Shown here: piece after piece, positions 28,199-37,617 of the stretch
How positions within the stretch are numbered: the first letter of the stretch is position 1
How the letters are laid out: the number at the start of each line of letters is the position of its first letter
Assembly (NCBI GenBank): GCA_000307935.1
Contig: AMWX01000001.1
Location: forward strand, 163,388-227,387
DNA: 64,000 nt
Source: SAR86 cluster bacterium SAR86E
GTDB taxonomy: Bacteria; Pseudomonadota; Gammaproteobacteria; Magnimaribacterales; D2472
Direction: 5' to 3'
The notes under the pieces: model-generated
What the model was told of the DNA's origin: nothing
The model's database searches: none
The model's input: only the letters and a program-made list of their open reading frames with translations
Position numbers and translations under genes: made by a program

Positions 28199-30166
28199 AT
28201 TAATAAATCAAGAAAAATAATCGTAACAAATGCCCTCCCATATGCAAATGGTGATATCCATGTAGGACATATACTTGAACATATCCAGACAAATATTTGG
28301 TCCCGATTTATGAAATTAACAAATAATGAGGTATTAACATTTTGTGCAGATGATGCTCATGGCGCTCCAATAATGATGAAAGCAGATGAGTTAGGTATTA
28401 AAGCTGCTGATTTTATTGACGAGGTTAAAATTAATCACGAAAAATCCTTAGCCAAATATGGAATTGAATACACAAACTATCACTCTACTCATTCACAAGA
28501 GAATGAAACATTAATTAATGAAATCTATCATGATGCGCAATCTGCAGGATACATATATAAAAAAGAAATAGAACAATGCTTTGATGAAGAAAAGCAGATG
28601 TTTCTTGCGGACAGATACGTTGTTGGGGATTGTCCTAAGTGCTCAGCTAAAGATCAATATGGAGATGGGTGTGAGGTTTGTGGTGCAACATACTCAGCAA
28701 CTGAGTTACTTAACCCACAATCATCATTATCTAAAACTGTGCCGACTACCAAAACCTCTGAGCATATATTTTTTGACCTCGAAAAAGCTAAAAGCAATCT
28801 TGTACAATTTCTAGATACAGTATCAATACAAAAACCAATTCTTGGAAAATTATCTGAATGGATTGATGGCGATTTAAAGAGTTGGGATATATCTAGAGAT
28901 AAACCATATTTTGGATTTAAAATTCCTGGAGAAAAAGACAAATATTTTTATGTGTGGGTTGATGCACCGATTGGTTATATGGCTACAGCAAGTAATTGGG
29001 CCTCTCAAAACTCTGAATCAATAGAAAGCCTATGGGGAAAAGATTCTGAATATGAGATTCACCATTTTATTGGAAAGGATATTACTTATTTCCATGGATT
29101 ATTTTGGCCAGCTCTATTAATGGAATCAAAATATAAACTCCCTAACAATATTCATGTGCATGGCTTTGTGACAGTGAATGGTGAAAAAATGTCTAAATCA
29201 AAGGGAACTTTTATAACAGCTGATCAATTTGCAGATGCCTGTGATCCAGAATTATTGAGGTATTATTTTGCAAGCAAATTAAATTCAAAAATTGAAGACT
29301 TGGATTTAAATTTTGAGGACTTGGCTCAAAAAGTTAACTCAGATTTGGTTGGAAAATTTTCAAATATTTTTAGTCGATCAGCACCCTTTATATCTAAAAA
29401 TGATGGTTTTCTAAGCAAAGAAATTCATAAAGAACACCTATCAAGCTCCTATCAATTCATTGATGAGATATTGATCCATTATGAAAAAAAAGAATTCTCA
29501 AAAGCAATTAAATTGATTATGCAGATTGCTGATGAAACCAATAAATATATAAATGAGCATACACCATGGAAACTTGATAAAAATGAAGCAGCAATTATTG
29601 CTACAACTGCCTTAAATGTTTTCAAAAATTTATGCATATTGTTGTCGCCAGTAACACCAATGCTATGCAAAAAAATGCTATCAATGCTAAATATTGATAG
29701 TTTGGAGATAGAAAATTTAGAAAAAGAATTAAAAGATTGTGAAATAAATGAATTTAAACCAATCCTCTCACGAGTAAAACCATTAAATATTCAAGATTTT
29801 TATGAAAAGGAAGAAAAGATGAATGAAGAAGATAATAATATAATTCAAATAGATGACTTTATGAAAGTTGATCTCAGGGTTGCTAAAGTAGAAGAAGCTT
29901 CCCATGTTGAAGGCGCTGATAAATTGCTAGCAATCAAATTAGATTTGGGTGATCTAGGAACAAAAAATGTTTTTGCTGGAATAAAATCAGCTTATGAGCC
30001 CTCCCAATTAGAGGGAAAATTAGTCGTAATGGTATATAACCTAGCGCCCAGAAAAATGAAATTCGGACTATCTGAGGGTATGATCTTAGCCGCTAGTGAT
30101 TCAGATGGAGGTATTTTTGTACTGTCTCCTGATTTAGGAGCAAAACCGGGACAAAAAATTAAATGA
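28199..30166 (+). CDS. metG: Methionyl-tRNA synthetase with C-terminal tRNA-binding (EMAP/Trbp111-like) domain
   Basis: The track ORF starts at 28310. The same frame upstream encodes the essential N-terminus [29 protein letters not shown] (HIGH motif). The frame is open back to a TAG at 28187-28189 and contains no ATG, GTG or TTG. ATT at 28199 is my tentative start. Also KMSKS and a Zn knuckle CPKC...CEVCG. Confidence 0.9.
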   Translation: [655 protein letters not shown]

Positions 30167-31206
30167 AAAAAGAAACAGACATATTAGTTATTGGAGCCGG
30201 ACCCGTTGGTCTCTTTACTGTGTTTGAAGCAGGATTGTTGGGTCTTAAATGTACGTTGATTGACAATTTAGATAAAGTTGGAGGTCAATGCTCTGAACTT
30301 TATCCCGAAAAACCAATATATGATATTCCAGGTGTGCCAAATCAAACAGCCCAAGAGCATGTAGATGCTTTAATGGAACAAATCAAGCCATTTGATTTTG
30401 ATTTACATCTATCTCAAAGAGTAGAGTTGATTGAAGTTCACTCTATAGAAGATGGCATTACGACGTGGTTGGTAAAAACCAATGAAGGCATCGAATGTAT
30501 AACTAAAAATATATTTATTGCAGCCGGGGCCGGTTCATTTGAGCCAAGAAGACCACCAAATATTGAAGATCCAGATAAATTTTTAGGTAATGGTGTAAGT
30601 TATGCAGTTAAATCTAAAGATCTATATAAAGATAAAAATTTATTTATTTTTGGCGGTGGTGACTCTGCTCTAGATTGGACAGTAGAGCTGGCGAAAATTG
30701 CCAAATCAGTAAATTTAATTCATCGCAGAGATCAATTTAGAGGAGCTCAACACACAGAAGCGCAAATGAGAGAACTGGTCCAAAGCGGTGAAGTTAATCT
30801 CATGACCCCTTTTCAAATTGATGAAATAATTGGCGAGGATAAAGTTACTGGTGTGGCATTAAGAAATTTCGATACAAAAGAATGCATTACACATGATGCT
30901 GACGAACTTTTATTTTTATTTGGTCTCAATAAAAAACTGGGTCCAATACTTGAATGGGAGCTTGATTTAGTATCAAAAAAAATATCAGTTAATACTGAAA
31001 ATTTTCAAACAAATCGAGATGGTATTTTTGCTGTAGGAGATATCAATGACTACCCTGGTAAATTAGATTTAATATTATGTGGATTCCATGAAACCACACT
31101 TGCTGTTCAAAAGGCATATCAAAGAAATTTTCCAGGCGAAAGAGTTCCATTTGGATACACAACCTCAAATACCAAATTGCAAAGGAAGCTGGGGGTTGCT
31201 GAGTAA
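30163..31206 (+). CDS. Ferredoxin-NADP+ reductase, thioredoxin-reductase-like type
   Basis: 347 aa with DILVIGAGPVGLF, GGGDSALDW and no CxxC redox centre. The ATG overlaps the metG stop (ATGA). Confidence 0.8.
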   Translation: MKKETDILVIGAGPVGLFTVFEAGLLGLKCTLIDNLDKVGGQCSELYPEKPIYDIPGVPNQTAQEHVDALMEQIKPFDFDLHLSQRVELIEVHSIEDGITTWLVKTNEGIECITKNIFIAAGAGSFEPRRPPNIEDPDKFLGNGVSYAVKSKDLYKDKNLFIFGGGDSALDWTVELAKIAKSVNLIHRRDQFRGAQHTEAQMRELVQSGEVNLMTPFQIDEIIGEDKVTGVALRNFDTKECITHDADELLFLFGLNKKLGPILEWELDLVSKKISVNTENFQTNRDGIFAVGDINDYPGKLDLILCGFHETTLAVQKAYQRNFPGERVPFGYTTSNTKLQRKLGVAE

Positions 31207-31211
31207 GCCTA

Positions 31212-31883
31212 ATGAGCAACTTAATTGAGTTAATTAACGCTGAATTACCTCAATTTCAATGCGGTCGTTGTGATACTCCAGGCTGCAGACCCTACGCAGA
31301 AGAAATTGCAAACGGCTCTCCTCATAATAGATGTGTGCCTGGTGGACAAGTAACGCTTGATAGGATTTCTGATATTTTAAATAGGGATTCCTTGGTACTT
31401 GATCATGACTATGGACCCGATTTAAAGTCTCAGGTTGCTCACATTGTTGAAGAAGATTGTATTGGCTGCACTAAATGCATTGACGCATGCCCTGTTGATG
31501 CTATTTCGGGTGCAGCTAACTTGATGCATAACGTGATAAACGATTTATGCACAGGATGTGAACTATGCATTGAACCATGTCCCGTTGATTGTATTGAATT
31601 AATTGACATTGATGAAGATAAATCTCTAATCGCAAGAGATAGCTCAAGTCATTTTTTTGATCTAAAGATAGAGTTAGATCTACGAAAAAAGAAAAAATCT
31701 AAAATGAATAAAAGTATTCATGAAAATTTAAATATTGGTGATTCTATAAATCAAAAATTGAAAAATAGGAATATTGATAGCGCTACATCATTAAAAAAAC
31801 TTCAATTAGAGATCCTTGAATCACAAAAAAATGAAAAATATATTAATTCTGAAGATATTGAAAAGTTAAAAAAACAACTATAA
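31212..31883 (+). CDS. Soluble RnfB/RsxB-like Fe-S protein (no membrane anchor) with Lys-rich tail
   Basis: LPQFQCGRCDTPGCRPYAEEIANGSPHNRCVPGG parallels the RsxB N-terminal Fe-S domain. Two 4Fe-4S ferredoxin motifs (CIGCTKCIDACP, CTGCELCIEPCP). The N-terminal TM helix of RnfB is absent. Confidence 0.7.
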   Translation: MSNLIELINAELPQFQCGRCDTPGCRPYAEEIANGSPHNRCVPGGQVTLDRISDILNRDSLVLDHDYGPDLKSQVAHIVEEDCIGCTKCIDACPVDAISGAANLMHNVINDLCTGCELCIEPCPVDCIELIDIDEDKSLIARDSSSHFFDLKIELDLRKKKKSKMNKSIHENLNIGDSINQKLKNRNIDSATSLKKLQLEILESQKNEKYINSEDIEKLKKQL

Positions 31884-32897
31884 ATCTTTTCTCTTAAGAG
31901 TTTCATTTATAGAAATTGATTTTTCTTTAGAGAAAATTATTGCCTCTCTGACTCTGTATGCAATTTCTCTCAATGCTTCTTCTGTTTTAGCTTCATCACG
32001 ATTTAAAAAATCTTTAGTCAAGCCTATAACTCCACCTGAATTTATTAAGGTGTCAGGTATAAAGAGTATTCCGCGTTCATGCAAATCATCTGCAATAGAC
32101 GTTTTAAGAAGTTGGTTATTAGCACCGCCAGCAATAATTTTACAATTAAGATTTCTGATAGAAGACTGTGTAAATATCCCCCCTACTGCACAAGGAGCTA
32201 ATAAGTCGCAATCGAAAGTAAAGGCATCATCAATACATGTAATATTTTTCTCATTAATGGTTTCAAGCTTTAATTTATCAATATCAGATATAAAAACATT
32301 TGCGCCTGCTCCTGCAAGATATTCAGCAAGTTTTTTTCCGACACTCCCGGCCCCTTGAATTGCAATTTTTGTTCCTTGAATGTTTTCAGATAAGTGTGTG
32401 TTTATTGCTTGTTCTATAGAATAGAACAATCCCTTGGCTGTATAAGGTCCTGGATCAACATTGTCAAAAACAAAATTACTATGTTTTTTTATAAACTGAA
32501 TATCCTCAAGTGTTATTCCTATATCTTCAGCTGATATATAAGAACCCTCTAGAAGGTTCAAAAAATCAGCAAATGCTGTAAGTAAAGCATCAGATTTTAT
32601 ACCATCTTTAAATATTACAGCTTTGCCCCCACCAAATGGAATTTGTGCGATATTATTCTTATCTGTCATGCCTCGAGATAAGCGCAAAACATCAGACAAG
32701 CCCGCATCAAAAGTATCATATTGCTTAAATCTACAGCCACCAATAGCGGGACCCTTTATGGAACTATGAATTGCAATTAAGGATTTAAGTCCAGCTTTTG
32801 AGTCTTCATAATAATAAACTTTTTCATGACTGAACTCATGATGGGCAGATATATTAACCCCATTGAAATTTAAATCTGTTATATCTTTAAAAATCAT
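31878..32897 (-). CDS. Leu/Phe/Val dehydrogenase family amino-acid dehydrogenase
   Basis: 339 aa with PFGGGKAVI (catalytic Lys) and GAGSVGKKLAEYL. Confidence 0.8.
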   Translation of the reverse strand: MIFKDITDLNFNGVNISAHHEFSHEKVYYYEDSKAGLKSLIAIHSSIKGPAIGGCRFKQYDTFDAGLSDVLRLSRGMTDKNNIAQIPFGGGKAVIFKDGIKSDALLTAFADFLNLLEGSYISAEDIGITLEDIQFIKKHSNFVFDNVDPGPYTAKGLFYSIEQAINTHLSENIQGTKIAIQGAGSVGKKLAEYLAGAGANVFISDIDKLKLETINEKNITCIDDAFTFDCDLLAPCAVGGIFTQSSIRNLNCKIIAGGANNQLLKTSIADDLHERGILFIPDTLINSGGVIGLTKDFLNRDEAKTEEALREIAYRVREAIIFSKEKSISINETLKRKDL

Positions 32898-32947
32898 ATT
32901 TATATTAAATTTTCGTTTATATTATACGTGCATATTAGAGGGCATAA

Positions 32948-33550
32948 ATGTTAAAAGATAGGTTTAGAAAATTCTTACCGGTAGTTGTAGATCTAGAAAC
33001 TGGAGGATTTAATTCAAAAAAAAATGCTATTTTGGAAATAGCAATTCAACTTATTGATGAAGAAAATTCAATGCTGGTGTTAGGTGAATCTCATAGATTT
33101 CATATAGAACCATTTCAAGATTTGTTGGTTGATGATGACGCCTTGGAATTTCTAAAACTAGATTTAAATCATCCTTTGAGGGTTGCTGTTGATGAGAAGT
33201 TTGCACTTGATTCAATATTTAAAATTATCAACAAGCAAAAAAATAAATATGAATGCTCTAGGGCTATTCTTGTAGGGCACAATGCTTTTTTTGATCATAG
33301 CTTCCTGCTGGAGGCCTGCTTAAGAAATGATATAAAGAAATCACCATTCCACCCATTTTCATTAATTGATACTGTGAGCTTGGGGGTCCTTGCAACCAAG
33401 CAAACTGTCTTAGCAAGGGTTTGTAAAGAATTAAATATTTCTTATGATAATGAGGAAGCGCATAGCGCAGCATATGACGCCATGGTTACTGCTGAAGTAT
33501 TTTGTAAAATTATTAATGATTATGATTTTAATACTATCTCTACAAACTAA
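32948..33550 (+). CDS. rnt: Ribonuclease T
   Basis: 200 aa with DEDDh motifs VVVDLETGGFN, VGHNAFFDHSFL and HSAAYDA. Confidence 0.85.
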   Translation: MLKDRFRKFLPVVVDLETGGFNSKKNAILEIAIQLIDEENSMLVLGESHRFHIEPFQDLLVDDDALEFLKLDLNHPLRVAVDEKFALDSIFKIINKQKNKYECSRAILVGHNAFFDHSFLLEACLRNDIKKSPFHPFSLIDTVSLGVLATKQTVLARVCKELNISYDNEEAHSAAYDAMVTAEVFCKIINDYDFNTISTN

Positions 33551-34265
33551 GCGAATCACCGACTTGCTGGCAACTAGCAGGCAGCAAACTAGTTTGCTGA
33601 TAGAACTCTTTTATACGTAAAAAATTACTTATAAAACCTTTGGTTCGATTGGGAGCTATTCCTGTTGGAATAAAATATTTTGCATTAAGTTTTAATTTAA
33701 CCAATCTTGCTTGATCGAGACCCATAGAAACTTGCACTAGCCCAAAGACCTTGACCATATCTACAGTGACGATGCATGCATCAACATTCTCAATTACTGT
33801 TTTATTATTAAACATGTGCGGTTCATGAAAAACCTTAGCCCTTATATTGCTAATCGTGTATGCAAAAGTTGTAGTATTGTATGGTTTACCTGCTTTAAAA
33901 ATTTTTAATTTAAATGAGTTAAGCATATATTCTCCATCAATATTAACTACTGTTACGTTGACAAAACCAGCTTCAGCCAAAACTTTTGAAGCTTCAAAGG
34001 TTGTATATATAGGAATATCATTGTTAAACAGTTTTAATGAATCTAAATCTAGATGGTCAGAAAAATGAGCAGTAATAATTATATGAGTAACCTTTTTAAC
34101 AAGGTTGTTTTTTATAAGGTATGCCTCTTGTATGGATTCTCGGCTTAGCAGCCAATGATATTTTGGGAAAACTTGTTTTTTTGTTAACCACGGGTCAACA
34201 ACAACTAAATCCTCTTGATTTGAATATACCCATGATTGGTAATCGTCGCCTCTAATAATTTGCAT
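33540..34265 (-). CDS. Hypothetical protein, possibly a degenerate MBL fold
   Basis: 241 aa. IIITAHFSDHLD resembles a degenerate HxHxDH motif. Weak call. Confidence 0.4.
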   Translation of the reverse strand: MQIIRGDDYQSWVYSNQEDLVVVDPWLTKKQVFPKYHWLLSRESIQEAYLIKNNLVKKVTHIIITAHFSDHLDLDSLKLFNNDIPIYTTFEASKVLAEAGFVNVTVVNIDGEYMLNSFKLKIFKAGKPYNTTTFAYTISNIRAKVFHEPHMFNNKTVIENVDACIVTVDMVKVFGLVQVSMGLDQARLVKLKLNAKYFIPTGIAPNRTKGFISNFLRIKEFYQQTSLLPASCQQVGDSLSL

Positions 34266-34303
34266 GTCTACATAATTTCATAAATGAGAATAAATACCAT
34301 ACT

Positions 34304-34322
34304 GATAATGATTATCATTAAA
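34304..34322. promoter_or_regulatory. Fur box
   Basis: gataatgattatcattaaa matches 16 of 19 positions of the E. coli consensus GATAATGATAATCATTATC. It contains a perfect 7-1-7 palindrome TAATGAT-t-ATCATTA (34306-34320). It lies between divergent genes 33540..34265 (-) and 34404..34844 (+). Confidence 0.6.
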
Positions 34323-34403
34323 AAAATACCTTAAATCAGTGGTTTACATTAATATAAAACAAATATAAAGTAACATCTATTAGCATTTAAAAAAGGAAAT
34401 ATT

Positions 34404-34844
34404 ATGGAAATGAAACAAATGAGTACAAATCAGGTTTGCGACATATTAAATGAGATAATGGAATATGAGTTAGCTGGTGTTGTTAGATATACGCATTCAT
34501 CACTAATGGTTTCTGGGCCCTATAGATTGCCTATAGTTACATTCCTAAAAGAGCAAGCAGCTGAATCAATGATGCATGCACAACAGGCGGGAGAACTATT
34601 GGTTGGTCTAGATGGTCACCCTAGTCTGAAAGTAGCAAAGATTGAAGAAACTCATAGACATTCAATCAAGGATATTCTTGAGGAAGGACTTGAGCATGAG
34701 TTACATGCTTTGAGTCTGTATAAAAAATTACTTTCGAGTGTTGCAGATGCATCTGTCTATCTTGAAGAGTACGCCAGAAGTATGATTGGTGAGGAAGAAC
34801 AGCACACACTTGAATTAAAAGCGATGTTAAAAGATTTCGGTTAA
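34404..34844 (+). CDS. Ferritin-like / bacterioferritin-family protein
   Basis: 146 aa four-helix-bundle pattern with di-iron ligand-like EYELAG...E..MHA and EHELHAL...EEEQHTLEL. Confidence 0.7.
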   Translation: MEMKQMSTNQVCDILNEIMEYELAGVVRYTHSSLMVSGPYRLPIVTFLKEQAAESMMHAQQAGELLVGLDGHPSLKVAKIEETHRHSIKDILEEGLEHELHALSLYKKLLSSVADASVYLEEYARSMIGEEEQHTLELKAMLKDFG

Positions 34845-34848
34845 TTGG

Positions 34849-35163
34849 TTATGAAACTGCGTCATTTATGAGCTTTTGAAGCTCTCCTGACTCATGCATT
34901 TCAGAAATAATATCGCAGCCGCCTACTAACTCGCCACTGACAAAAACCTGTGGAAAGGTAGGCCAATCTGAGATATTTGGAAGAGTTTGTCTTATTTCTT
35001 GGTTTTCAAGAATATCTACATATGAGAACTCAGCACCGCAGTCAATCAAGGATTGAATTGTCCTTGCCGAAAAACCACACTTAGGTTCATATGGTGAGCC
35101 TTTCATGTAGATTAAAATTTTATTGTCTTTAATTTGATCTTTAATTTTTTCTTCAATAGACAT
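34849..35163 (-). CDS. grxD: Monothiol glutaredoxin (Grx4 family)
   Basis: 104 aa with a CGFS active site and WPTFPQVFVSGELVGGCDI. Confidence 0.9.
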   Translation of the reverse strand: MSIEEKIKDQIKDNKILIYMKGSPYEPKCGFSARTIQSLIDCGAEFSYVDILENQEIRQTLPNISDWPTFPQVFVSGELVGGCDIISEMHESGELQKLINDAVS

Positions 35164-35918
35164 TAGTCTTTCCTTACAGATTTGATGTATTTTATTATGG
35201 TGTCCTCGAAACCAAATTTCAATGCATCTGTAATAATTGCATGACCAATCGAGACCTCATCAACTGATCCACAATCAATTAAATGCGGAAGATTATCTAA
35301 GTTTAAATCATGCCCAGCATTAATTCCCAGATTTAATTCATAGGCAGCATTGATACAGTCAACAATTTCATTTTTGCATATTTCGAAGTTTGTTAGATCT
35401 TCATCTGCTAAATAGTTTGCAAATGGTCCTGTATAAATTTCAATTCTATCAAAGCCAATTTCTGATGCGTATTTAACCGAGTTGATATTTGCATCTATGA
35501 ATAAGCTTGTTCTGATATTTAAACCTTTTAAAGAATCAAGGAAAAGCTGTAATTGATCGTTATGAAAACCTGGTTGCCATCCATGATCAGAAGTGATTTG
35601 CTTAAGATCATCCGGAACCAGGGTAACTTGATTGGGAGACGCTTGAATACATAGCTCTTTGAAACCAATAAAATCTCCATCAGGCAGGGAGAATGGATTG
35701 CCCTCTAAATTAAATTCAATATCATGATTTTTACAAATTTTTGAAATGGAAATGGCATCTTCGGAAGTTGCATGACGATGATCTGGTCTTGGATGAAGCG
35801 TTAAACCATCAACCCCGAGGTTGATACATTGCTCTGCATAATCAATTAATGAAGGTGTATTATTGCCTCTAGAATTTCTAATTAAAGCAATTTTATTTAA
35901 ATTGACACTTAAATTCAT
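35163..35918 (-). CDS. pdxJ: Pyridoxine 5-prime-phosphate synthase
   Basis: 251 aa with LSVNLNKIALIRNSRG, TLHPRPDHRH and NAGHDL. Confidence 0.9.
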   Translation of the reverse strand: MNLSVNLNKIALIRNSRGNNTPSLIDYAEQCINLGVDGLTLHPRPDHRHATSEDAISISKICKNHDIEFNLEGNPFSLPDGDFIGFKELCIQASPNQVTLVPDDLKQITSDHGWQPGFHNDQLQLFLDSLKGLNIRTSLFIDANINSVKYASEIGFDRIEIYTGPFANYLADEDLTNFEICKNEIVDCINAAYELNLGINAGHDLNLDNLPHLIDCGSVDEVSIGHAIITDALKFGFEDTIIKYIKSVRKD

Positions 35919-35932
35919 AAAAGATTAATCTT

Positions 35933-36361
35933 TTAGTCCCTATCTTTAAAATCCTCAACATTAATCTCAATTGTATTAACATCCTGAGGCTGAGAGATTG
36001 AAGATTCGTCCCAAAAAGCTCTGCCACTAGTAATCTTTCCTCTTTCGTCGACAACAAAGTGGTCTACTATAGATATATCCATTCCTGAATTATCATTTAT
36101 ATTTCTTACTTCCATGACAGCCTTTAAAATTCCTTCATTTGAGCAAACAACAGTTTCGACATTGGTTGGGGTTATTTGCATTCCATCACTGTGACCAAAA
36201 TCCCAAAAAGCACATATCGCTTCAATTCCGTTACATGGATCTGTGCCCACAGGATCCTCAAATACAGCCTCATCATCCCAAAGGCTTTTAAATAAATCTT
36301 TATCATTATTCTTGTAAGCTAAAACATAATTATCCAATGCAGCCTGAACTATCTCTTTCAT
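35933..36361 (-). CDS. Delta5-3-ketosteroid isomerase homologue (NTF2/SnoaL fold)
   Basis: 142 aa, alignable by eye to Comamonas testosteroni KSI. LDNYVLAY covers the Tyr14 position, AVFEDPVGTDP the Asp38 position and IVDHFVV the Asp99 position. Confidence 0.65.
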   Translation of the reverse strand: MKEIVQAALDNYVLAYKNNDKDLFKSLWDDEAVFEDPVGTDPCNGIEAICAFWDFGHSDGMQITPTNVETVVCSNEGILKAVMEVRNINDNSGMDISIVDHFVVDERGKITSGRAFWDESSISQPQDVNTIEINVEDFKDRD

Positions 36362-36855
36362 ACTTGATCCTTTTTTTGAATTCCCTTTTCTTTTAAAAGT
36401 ATTGTTGTAAATTTATCATCAGGACTTATTGGTGATACCTGCTCCCATATACGATCGTATTCTGAGTGTTGAATCAACCATTGATCATTATCTTTAATAT
36501 ATTTATCTTCATAAAGCGCTGTACCTTGGGTAACGCTACCTAAATCAAAATTATAAAAAATATCTTGTAAATACCATTTACCTTGGGCTTCTGCTTCAGA
36601 TAGAATTTCTATTTCAGGATGATGGGCGGTATGCATGGCAGCTGTCTTATTATGAAAGGCGTATTTAAGACTTTCTTTAATGGTTTCTTTTCCTTCAGAT
36701 TCCCATCTGTATGTACCGCCTCGATAATCAATAGTTATGTCTTTTGAAAAAACATTATCTAATAAATCAAAATCAGCCATATCAATCGCTCTAAAATATC
36801 TATGCTTAAGATTTTTAATCTCTTCTATATCAATTAATTTTTGCAATTTATCCAT
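36358..36855 (-). CDS. NTF2-like SnoaL_4-type protein
   Basis: 165 aa. IEEIKNLKHRYFRAIDMADFDLL is typical of the SnoaL_4/BaiE-like dehydratase-type NTF2 family. Confidence 0.6.
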   Translation of the reverse strand: MDKLQKLIDIEEIKNLKHRYFRAIDMADFDLLDNVFSKDITIDYRGGTYRWESEGKETIKESLKYAFHNKTAAMHTAHHPEIEILSEAEAQGKWYLQDIFYNFDLGSVTQGTALYEDKYIKDNDQWLIQHSEYDRIWEQVSPISPDDKFTTILLKEKGIQKKDQV

Positions 36856-36862
36856 GTGCCTT

Positions 36863-37615
36863 CTACCTCAGAAATGCTTGGCCGCCATCAAGCATGATGG
36901 TAGATCCAGTAATATAATTCATGCCATCAGAAAGTATGTGGCAAACAGCTTCACCTATGTCATCTTTGCAGTCACCTACCCTACCTAGTGGAATAGTTTT
37001 AAGAAATTCATTTGCCTCGTCAGGATATTCACTCATCCACCAATCCATGCCAGTTGATTTTGCTAGAGGCATTATGCAATTTACTAAAATATTATCTGGG
37101 CCCCATTCAACTGCAGCTGCCCTCGACAACGATCGAATTGATTCCTTAACGGCCGCATAAGCTCCATACGAACCTGAATCCGGTCTTAATGCTGAGGAGC
37201 TAGCAAGATTAATAATTTTCCCATCTCCTTTAAGATGCGGGTAAGAAGCTTTCATAAAACGGAATGTAGCTAAGGGACCAGAATTCCAACCATCAATAAA
37301 AGATTCATCCGTTACATCTAGAATATTCCCCAGTGGTACTTCTTGAGCATTATTTACTAAAATATTTAAAGAGCTAAATTTTGAAAGACTGATTTTAATT
37401 GAGTTATTAATTGATTCTATGTTCTTAACATCGCACTCAACAGCAAGTGCCGAACCACCCTTTTGATTAATATCATTAGCAACAGCTTCAACTTTTGTAA
37501 AAGTTCTTCCAACCAAGCAAACGTTTGCACCATATGATGCAAGGGCTCTAGCTATTCCCTCTCCAACACCCTGGCCAGAGCCTGTGATTAAAGCTGTTTT
37601 ATTGAAAAAATCCAT
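36863..37615 (-). CDS. Short-chain dehydrogenase/reductase
   Basis: I prefer the ATG at 37615 (MDFFNKTALITGSGQGVGEGIA), 2 nt after the upstream stop. YAAVKES (YxxxK). The track's longer ORF overlaps the upstream gene. Confidence 0.8.
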   Translation of the reverse strand: MDFFNKTALITGSGQGVGEGIARALASYGANVCLVGRTFTKVEAVANDINQKGGSALAVECDVKNIESINNSIKISLSKFSSLNILVNNAQEVPLGNILDVTDESFIDGWNSGPLATFRFMKASYPHLKGDGKIINLASSSALRPDSGSYGAYAAVKESIRSLSRAAAVEWGPDNILVNCIMPLAKSTGMDWWMSEYPDEANEFLKTIPLGRVGDCKDDIGEAVCHILSDGMNYITGSTIMLDGGQAFLR

Positions 37616-37617
37616 AT

